A stretch of DNA of 63,571 nt, filler included, from Bipalium vagum (lineage: Eukaryota), in the NCBI GenBank assembly GCA_037834085.1. It is 3 parts of 3 records of this genome, joined end to end, with 100 filler letters (N's around TTAATTAATTAA, not from the genome) between each part and the next. Parts side by side here need not be neighbours in the genome. Positions count along the whole stretch, not along the records: positions 46,908 to 63,571 come from JBBMKC010099911.1; 2 more parts are not named here. One strand, 5' to 3'. A program made the position numbers and the translations under genes. Below the pieces are notes generated by a model. It saw only the letters and a program-made list of their open reading frames with translations. It ran no database searches and had not been told where the DNA came from. This document shows, piece by piece, positions 54,541 through 63,571 of the stretch. The stretch's first letter is position 1; each line of letters starts with the position of its first letter.

Positions 54541-57500
54541 TATATATTAATATAATTATAAATTGAAAAAACATCTTAATCAATAAAATTAAATCCAATA
54601 AGTTGCAGTTTTATAATTTTTTGTTGTATAATCAATAAAAATAAATATTTTTTTACAATTTTTCATTGAATAAATGTTAATGTAACAGATCAAAATGTGC
54701 ATTTTATGACAATATCGTTTAAATTGAAGAAAAATAGCCTTTATTATTGAGAGAATTCAAATTTTGGAAGTGAAAAGTTTTGAAAAATTAAATAATAATA
54801 ATATTAATAATAATAATAACAATAATAATTAATAATATTATTATTATATATTATACGAGTCTTCTATAATTAAATTAAAATTTTTGGCCACCAGAATATT
54901 TAAGTCAAATATTTCTTTAATTAATAACTTAATGCCGCAGTTTTTAATTAAAAGATAATAAACTTTCATAAAATAACGTTGAGAAAAAAGTTAAATAATT
55001 AACCTCTAATAATAAGGTAATTAATTATTTATAAAGTGTGATATAAAATTAAATTTATTAATAAAAAAAACTAAGAAGAAATGTCTGCGAAAGTGCTGAG
55101 GTAATCTGAAAATTGTGATTCATCTAATTGTCAATTCTGAAAAAATCTGAAAAAAAAAATTTACCTTCGATTTTGTTTATTACAATTATTAAAACAACAA
55201 ATTATGATTATTTTCCAAAACAAAATTATTTACGTAGAAAGAAGATCATTCTACAAACGGTTCTTGATCAAAGTCTAATCGAACCTTGTTTGGTCTTCTA
55301 AGAAGTCTTTTATGAACATTTTCTTCATCCAATAAGTTAAATGCTTTTATATTTCATGTTGACACAAAATCCTAAGGCGATCTATCAAATTCAAATAGGA
55401 GGGGTAGTAATGCGGTTATGAGATAAGTTTGATATATCTTGTTTTAAGAAAACTTATTAACTAACCTTATCATGCATAATAAAGAGAGCTCCACTCCATT
55501 ACATGTTGTAAGAATTTCACTTTATTTGTTATAAAATTAAGTTGTTCTTATCATTTTTGGTCTATTTCTAGAATTATATGAGTTACATTTGATAGCATCT
55601 ACAATAATGTAAGAACAACTAAAATTAGATCTTAAAAACAGTTTCTTAAAAAAAACAGCTCCTCTAGATATTAATAAATCTGGTGACGTAAATATATTTT
55701 AATCTCTCCTGTATAAAAAAGTTTAAAATCTTTTAATTGTGATTATATAATTATCATATTCGAGAGTTGATAAAATTAATTCAATTCACTCCTTAAAATA
55801 TCACAAGATCTTTTGTAACCGAAAAAGTGATCCGACCCACCCATTGGTAATTTGCCAACCAACTTTTTGTTTCCCGAAAAATACTGAGTACTGTTGAGAA
55901 ATCTGTGAAAATTGCAACAATTAACTGCAAATAATAATAATAGAAATAATAGAAAATATTTTATGAAGTTCGACAAAAATTTCTCGATTTATTAAGATAT
56001 AATCTTGCCTTGTATTCTTGAATAAATAATTATGTGTACCGAAGGCATTTTAAGCTTAGACCGAATATTATTTTTTTGATATTTCCGTCTATGACCTAAA
56101 TTATTTTGCTAATTGCTATTTTTCTTGCCATTATCAATCATGAAAATTATTAATTAAATTAATCAATAAATTATGGTACATTTCAATTTACTCTTTTCAT
56201 TAATTTTTTTTATTTTTAAAAAATTGAAATTTTTATAACACAATTCCAAGAATTTTATGAACACTGATTGTGAAAGTCTTTTCTGAATTTATTTCTGTAA
56301 TATTATATGAATAATTATCAGAAATATTAATTAACCAATGAAAAAATAATAATTCATAATTTATTTACCTAATAAAATTAAAAATTAAAACCATAATGAA
56401 TTAATTTCTTTTAACCCAATTTCAGTGACGTAAAATAAAATTTATGATTTATATTTTATTGGAGAATTTTTTTTTATTTTCTTTTTTATATCTTACGTCT
56501 ATTGGAAAAACAACATCGATTTTCTGTTTTTCATTATTAGATAATTTTTTAATAATATTTTAAAAATAATAAATATAATCTTACTTATTGATATCTTTTG
56601 CTATTTTTTAATATTTGAAAGGTAATTAATTTTAATTACGTGACCAGAGACTGTAAAATGAACATAAAAATTTAATCAATTAATTATAATATTTATTATT
56701 TTTTATCCAGTTAACCTCGTTTTAAGTTAAAGGTTCATAATTTCTGAATTCTAAAATAATTAAGCCTCAATAGATTTCAATCTAAATTTCATTTACCTTC
56801 AACTTCTAAAGTATTATAAATATAGTACAACAATTATCAACCGGAAACGGGATAAATTTTTCAGATTTAAAGAAAACCAGAGGTATACTTAAATCCCCTA
56901 AATACGTTAGATGCGGTACTTGTAGCACAAGATAAATAAAAAACTTTACACCTCTTTAGAATCAAAAGGATATCGAATGTACATTTACATATATTTACAA
57001 TGTAATGCGATTGTCATTATTGGAAATTGCTGTCTTTGTTATCCAGGCATGTTTGAATTTTATCTATCAGATATTCAGTTGACGGTTTTCTACAAATGTC
57101 TGTTAAAAAAATGGACAAATCATTTTTGTAAAAGTTAAAACTCGAAAAAAGAAAGGCTGGTTAACGTCCTATTTTTACAAAGAACCAAATCAGTTATTAT
57201 GTTGATCATGATTTACATTTCTACTTGTCACTAATTTGCTAATTTAAAGTAGGTTATACATACTTTCGGATGCCTAAGTAACTATGGGTTGTGAAAAATA
57301 CTTCATTGTGAAATCCCACTAAAATGAATGCAGTGACCTCAGACGTAACGAATCTTTATTCATAACAGATACTTGGAAATTAGAGAATAATTTTACCATT
57401 AAATACATTAAATAAGAACCTCGTGGTTATTCATGATAATACCTAATCAATTGACAAAGTCACTGATGTTGTGGAATGATTTAGGTGCTGTTATCAAAAT

Positions 57501-59637
57501 GGTGTTCGGCTGGTGGAGGTAATTTACAATGTCAGACAAAATTTACAAATGTGTTGATTATCCGTTATCAGAATATTATATCCAGCCAGTATATGGTAAT
57601 TACCGATATAAATATAGACAAATAATCCCATACCCACATAAGATATCGGGAATTTAGAACTATCTGCATGTAGACTGTGGACTGGGTTATTATAAATATT
57701 AGATTATGTGTGGAGTAGATAAAATGTCTTTAAACTCAAACAGGAATAAGAATGATACCAAGATAGAACTTCTTTTTTTACAACAAATGAGATAAATAGG
57801 TAAGTACACAGAATATATATATAAACTTCTATATAATAAACTTCTAATTCCACTTCTAATTCCACTTCTAATTTCTATTGATTTACTAATGAAGAGACCA
57901 TTTTTTCACTAAGACCTTTTCACTGAAAAATATCTTCTACTATTCTTATGAGATTCTCATTGGATTAAACGAGAAGAGCTGGTTAAACATCGAATCAAGG
58001 TAATACCTCTTATCATGAAATAAAATTTTAAATACCCTCTTCCAATTCTTAAATGTTCCCAACCAATTTTTAATTACATGTTATTCCACGGGGAAGATGA
58101 TTGGTGTTCATGTTAAACAATGATAGTTGTATCTTTTAATGAGTAATGAATTAACGAAATCTGCACTACTATAATCAGTTACTAATTATAAAAAGTTGAA
58201 AGTGATAGTGTTTGTTCTTTTTCACATTTTTAATGACAGTATTTATTTTGCTTTTTCAATGAAACACCATTGTATATTCTTTGTCTACCACTTATAAGTT
58301 GATGTTTTGGGACCTATTACTAAAAAGAATCGACACCATTGATTTGAAATTTTTACAACTACGTTCAAAGTTCTTATTTCATTTTAATCACCTTTTCCAT
58401 GGGATCTGTCCCGTATTAAATGATATGAATAGTTGAATCACATTCATTTTTTTCAAAATTATTTAATGAAGCAGCGGTTCTTTAAAATAATTGCGCCTAC
58501 GAATGAAAAGTGCATAATTACGAATTAATGTAGCAAAAAATGCCAATGATAATTATAAAATGAACAGCGGATTTTGAGACTAAATTTTGGAACAATTTGC
58601 TAATTGTCGGGGCACATTTTCTGCTGGGTACGGACTTAAAAAAAGAAAGATCTGAAAACAGCCTATATACCTTTTGGACTTCAAGCCTAGAGATTGGTAT
58701 AAAAATACAATTCAGAATATCATTTATATACAGAGCTCTCGCAATGGGAAAAAGTTCAGTTCTATGGACGAATATAAAGAATGTTTAATACAATTTTTCA
58801 CCAAAAAAGTCAAGAAAATTTCAGAGATGAAATAATGACTACATGGAAAATGACAAAATCGATGTACATATGTGGTTTAAACAAATACTTTTATTGCACT
58901 TTTGCATTGAACTTCAATGCTAATATAAACTACGAAAAACCTTTTCTCACACTCAATTTTATTAGATGAATAAAATATAATTACTTAAATTGTTACTTCC
59001 TTAATCATTATTTTATTCATTGAAATTTGGTCAGCTTTTCAATTTCTTATTAAAGAGAGGAAATCTTTAGATTTTAGGAAATTAATATGTATTCAGACTT
59101 TAATGATCAAACTTTATGTATTAACCTTTTATTGAGTCACCATTCTGTTTTTCTGAATACAAGTTACTATTTTCTGTACATAATCCAGGATAATTTCTTC
59201 AATGTACACTCTTCATATATTATTTTTCTTGTTTTTTATTTCCATTACAGACAGATTTCTCAAAAGTGACCATCTCATCTGGGTGATCACCTCTCTAAGG
59301 AGGGTCATTTCTAAAATTTCTATAAAAATCTTTAAATTTATCCTCAAAATTCTTTTAGAAAATTAATAATAAAAAGTGACTACTCACAAAAAATAATTTT
59401 TGTCAAAATAGAAAATTTATTTTGTTTATTTGTTTAAATAATGTTGTATGGGAAATTTAAAAATTGAAATAAGAGAAAAGTGGAAAATGTACATATATCT
59501 AAAATAATAATTTATTTTCTGTTTTTTAATTTTATCGGCCTAATCCAGAAGAAATTGTGCTTTTTTTCTCTAATATTAATTACTATTGTTTAAATGTATC
59601 AATTAAGTATAAATAATTGATTAAAATTGATTAAATA

Positions 59638-59862
59638 TTGGGTTGTTGGGAAAGTGAGTTCGCTTTTTTATACTTATCTCTAAATCATAATTTAAAGCAC
59701 TTAAGTCATTTTAAAGATTGGAATATTCAAATTGCCTGGTAGATGGCCGAAGGTCTTGAAACAAAATAGTGGATTCATCATTGATTAAAATATTTTATTA
59801 CTAATAAAACTTTTGGTCCTACTATTTACTAAAAAGTTCGAAATGACTTTCCGAACAACCCA
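59638..59862. mobile_element. Mariner-type MITE
   Basis: TA|TTGGGTTGTTGGGAAAGTGAGTTCG ... CGAAATGACTTTCCGAACAACCCA|TA; ~25-bp imperfect TIR. Confidence 0.85.
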
Positions 59863-59879
59863 TATAAGTGATAAATATT

Positions 59880-60090
59880 AAAATTCTTATTCCACGGATT
59901 ATTTGACTACCGAGTACTATTTCCTTAGAATTTTATTAATTTTTTGTTGGAAAAATTTAAGAAACCAGGAAGATGTTAAAACTGCCTTCAACAACTTTAT
60001 AGCTTCCTGAATTAGAGATTTTTTTCTGAATAAGAACACTTGTTTCTCTTTGGAAAAGTACATACAACTGAATGCTTCTTACTAAGTTTA
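59880..60090 (+). mobile_element. Mariner C-terminal fragment
   Basis: SYSTDYLTTEYYFL...RNQEDVKTAFNNFIAS (cf. PYSPDLSPTDYHFF...FxNxxDVKxAFxxFIAS). Confidence 0.55.
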
Positions 60091-60698
60091 AAATTTTTGT
60101 TTCTTACTTCTTATTGATTTTTGTGTCTCATTTCTGAGAAAAAAATTATTTGAATAATAAATTACAATATATTATGTAGTTCTTTAATTTATCGAACTTT
60201 CACTGGTTTCAAATACATTCTTTGTAAATTAATAAATTTCAACTTAAAGGTTTCTACTTTACTACATGTAACACAAGAATAACTACCAAGAATCAATACC
60301 TTTATTTATTTATATTTTATAGAATATTTCATTTTAGATAATCAATTCACAAAAGCTCTCTAAAATAAATGCGAAAATATTTCAAAATTCGATTCTTACA
60401 GAAACAAAGAAATACATAGATTAAAATAAGAGGAAAATGATAAAAAGTAAAAGATAAAAGTTTAAAAGTGCTTTAATTATGTAAAATTTAGAAATTATAC
60501 GAAAAATTATCGTTGAAATAGTTTATTTTTAAAATATAATATTATACTGAAAAATATTATACATAAATATTTGGTCTTATCAATTATTGTTATGTTATTG
60601 TTTTTAATTTTATTTTGTCTATATCTCTTTCTTATTGAATTTCTTTTAATTTTTTCCATTTTACTTTCATTATTATCAATAATTTTAATATACACATA

Positions 60699-61340
60699 TA
60701 CGCGGTGTGGATAAAAAGTCCTTAGACTCGTACATAAATAAAAACACTACTGAAATGAAAATTTGTATTTTGGACAGGTTAACTACATAGATATATAAAC
60801 TTAATCACTTTTCTATGTAACCACATTCTGCTTCCAGGCATTTCGTCCATTGATTTATCACAGAAAAGAGACCATTTTCGAAAAAAGTAGTTGGCCTTTC
60901 ATTCAAAAAATCTGGAACTATTCGTATGAGATCTTCTTTAGACTCGATTCTGTCACCTCGTATATGGTTCTTTAAGTGAAGAAACAAGAAAAAACCACTG
61001 GGCGCCAAATCAGGGCTATAAGGTGAATGTGAAACTAGCACAAAGCCTTTTCCCCGTATAACATCCGCAGTTCGATTAGCTGTATGAACTGAAGCATTAA
61101 CCATGAAGAGAAATAGGTCTTGATTCTTTGGCTTCCACCACAGCTTTCTCAGATCACTTAGCACTGTATTGTAGTAGTAAGAGTCCATGTTTCATTGGAC
61201 AAAGTCAATTTTGATCACACTTTTTGCATCCCAGAATACATTGAGAATCAAAATTTCCATATGCTTCCTCCAGTTGAGAAATATTTTCCTTCTTTTCTGT
61301 CTTCTTCAATAGCAAAAACCGTATGGTGCTTTGGAATTCC
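60699..61340 (-). mobile_element. Mariner transposase 3' half, catalytically dead
   Basis: VFWDAKSVIKIDF, then ORF 60805-61188 ...MVNASVH...HSPYSPDLAPSGFFLFLHLKNHIRG...WTKCLEAECGYIEK. Second and third catalytic Asp are V and G. TIR-like TACGCGGTGTGGATAAAAAGT at 60699. Confidence 0.9.
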
Positions 61341-62429
61341 ACTTGATGATACATTTTTTAAAAAAGTCGTACTTCCCAATGTCAACAAAAGCTTACCACT
61401 TAAAACAAATATAAAAATACTTACCTATGTATATTCATTTTATTTTATTTTTATCCAATAATATTTAGAAAAAATTGATGAAAAATCATATCAGAAAGAT
61501 TTAAATGTTTGGAAATTAATTTAAAAAATAATTCTGAAGAGCAAGTGAGGCCAAAGAAGACATGGAAAAGTTGACGTAGAAAATGATATAATGAACATTT
61601 TTTAATTAAATTTTATCGAAGATTTCACTTTTAATATCAAATAAAACTGAAATTAAATTAATCTGTGAAACATTAAAACACGATTTTAAATGTTAATTTG
61701 ATAAAAATGTAAACCGATCTTATCTGAAATCTCATTACTTTTTTATATATATTTAAAACTGTTTTACATATATAAATAATAATATAAAACTTTGTTTGGT
61801 ATTTTATTAATCTGATTTGTTATTATTTATATTCTCGGTTATAAATTAAATAATTTGTTATAATAAATAAATATATAAGTATTTAAAAATAATAATTAAT
61901 TTTAATTTTAATTTAATTAAAAAATAAAATTTTACGAATTAAATGAATTACCATATTTTTTTATTTATTTAAATAAGTGTAAATTTAAAATATTAAATGG
62001 AATATTCAATAAAATATAAATTAGAGATAAAAATCTTTGAAACTATTTCAGTAATGAAAAATTTTATAACTTTCAGAGTCTGCAAATATTTATTAAGATA
62101 ATTTAATTTATTTCTTTTATAAATTTACATAACAGATTAATTTTTCTCCGATTTAAACAACTTTAAAAGAAAAATATAATTTTTATATCATTTACAAGAA
62201 TTTTTCCTTATAAAATTTATTAAAATGTCAATGGAAATATAATAAGAAAAAATATCTGCCTTGATAAAATATAAATAAATGGCTTAATGACTATGACAAA
62301 CTTTAGAAATGTATAAAAATATGAACTTCCCGCCTTTACCCAATCGGAAAAACCCGTGAAAATACTAGTAAAAGTTCTGGCTCGATTTTAATTTAAAAAT
62401 AAGAAGGCTATAGTTTGTTTGAAATAGAG

Positions 62430-63390
62430 CCTTTTATTAATTAATTACATAATAACCATTCTCCGATGTTCTAGAAACTTCCAATCCAATATTTATAGAA
62501 TTTTTTTTAGTTTTGGTTATACAACTTCATCAGAATTAAGCGTTTTATCACTCAAACTGTTGTGTAAAGAGCTGAACAGATAAAAATATTGCAATTCTTG
62601 AAATTTTTGCACTGTTCTTTGTGAAAGATGTGGTCTGGCATTATCTTGTTAAAAGACAATTTCTTTTAAATTGTTCAAAGCCGGATATTTTTGACGAATT
62701 GAGTCTAGTGCATTGCCCATAGTAATTCTCTGTCATTATTGTTTCACCAAGTAAAATAAGTTCAAAATGAATAATACCTCAGCAGTCCCACAAACTACTC
62801 AGTAACACATTCATTGGATGTTAGTCAGTCATTAAAACTGTTTTAAAGTTTTCATCTTTTTTATTCTTTTCTGTAGTATGTTATTGTACAAAATTCACTT
62901 TTCATAAACTTTGACTTATCTATCGAAGAACAGTACGTTTCTATAGCGTGAATTGAAGGAAATAGCGAGATTCATGTAATGCAATTTATCCATTCCCAAT
63001 AATTTATGTGGAATCCATGTGTCGAGCATAGGATATATATCCTAGATTTCTTAGATCTTAAAATACGGTGAAAATATCAGCACTCAGATTTTTCGTAATA
63101 TCATGTGTTTAAATCCGAGGATTATTTCTTAATAAGCACAAATCATGTTCTCATCGCTGTCGGAAGACTGTTCTGAGCAGGGCTAATCTTCTAAGCTAAA
63201 ATTTTCATAACGAAATATTGCAAATCAGAGAAAAAACAGCATCTAGGTAAACTCTTAATGTTTTCACAGGTGGCTCCAACATTCAAGCCTTTCCGTTCAT
63301 AAAGTGATGAGTTCTATGATAACTTGCCGTATATGTACTTTTTGGATGCTCTTATCTTGAAATATCGCTGAAATATTAAACGATTATTTA
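62430..63390 (-). mobile_element. Decayed mariner element
   Basis: IVF*QDNARPH at ~62630-62660 plus degenerate upstream HTH/linker segments. Confidence 0.65.
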
Positions 63391-63571
63391 AACAAATTGT
63401 TGTATTAAAATATTTCTTAATATTATAAATTATTGGATACAAAATATAATTTTAACACTTGAGTGCTTACATAACATACAATATCTCAAATCAGGCCAGA
63501 ACATCTGCGATATCAAATAAAGAATCACAAAATTTTCATTTTAAATAGAAAGAACAGTGGGAAATAGATAT

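Noticed and set aside
55776-55976. ORF with signal-peptide-like start and FFGYKR (neuropeptide-like)
   Set aside because: Starts at TTG; the hydrophobic stretch derives from (ATT)n low-complexity DNA; no proper G-KR amidation site.
62335-62372. Helitron-like CTAG|T end
   Set aside because: No convincing subterminal hairpin.
1-63571. CRISPR arrays, operons, rRNA/tRNA genes, SL RNA, hammerhead ribozymes; remaining short ORF-track entries
   Set aside because: No repeat-spacer arrays or complete RNA-gene consensus seen by eye. Most short ORFs use alternative starts and have F/I/K/L/N composition expected from random AT-rich DNA, or are antisense to exons and TEs.

Overview
This is AT-rich eukaryotic (animal) genomic DNA, not prokaryotic. 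The composition, (AAT)n microsatellites, a 47-nt intron and the TE content suggest a flatworm such as a planarian, but that is inference only. The only intact host gene I can support is the 5' half of a novel (epsilon/eta-type) protein kinase C on the minus strand. It has five coding exons: 42036-41698, 41650-41587, 34395-34157, 29441-29250 and 20727-20598. All introns are GT-AG and phase-compatible, giving 964 nt (321 codons + 1 nt) that encode the C2 domain, pseudosubstrate, C1A and the first two-thirds of C1B. I did not find the rest of C1B or the kinase domain between 1 and 20597; those exons lie in an assembly gap or beyond the window. Introns and flanks are full of decayed transposons: many mariner/Tc1 and pogo/Tigger/Tc2 fragments, several MITEs, and a ~3-kb R2/NeSL-type non-LTR retrotransposon just upstream of the PKC start codon. 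There are also LINE, Gypsy and P-like remnants. The window has four N gaps, two of which are artificial 100-nt scaffold linkers. I found no well-supported new biological system. The best leads are substitutions in the PKC C1 domains, a Ser/Asn-rich insert in the PKC regulatory region, and a CpG-rich hairpin island near 49.7-50.0 kb. TE boundaries are approximate and were assigned by eye from motifs.
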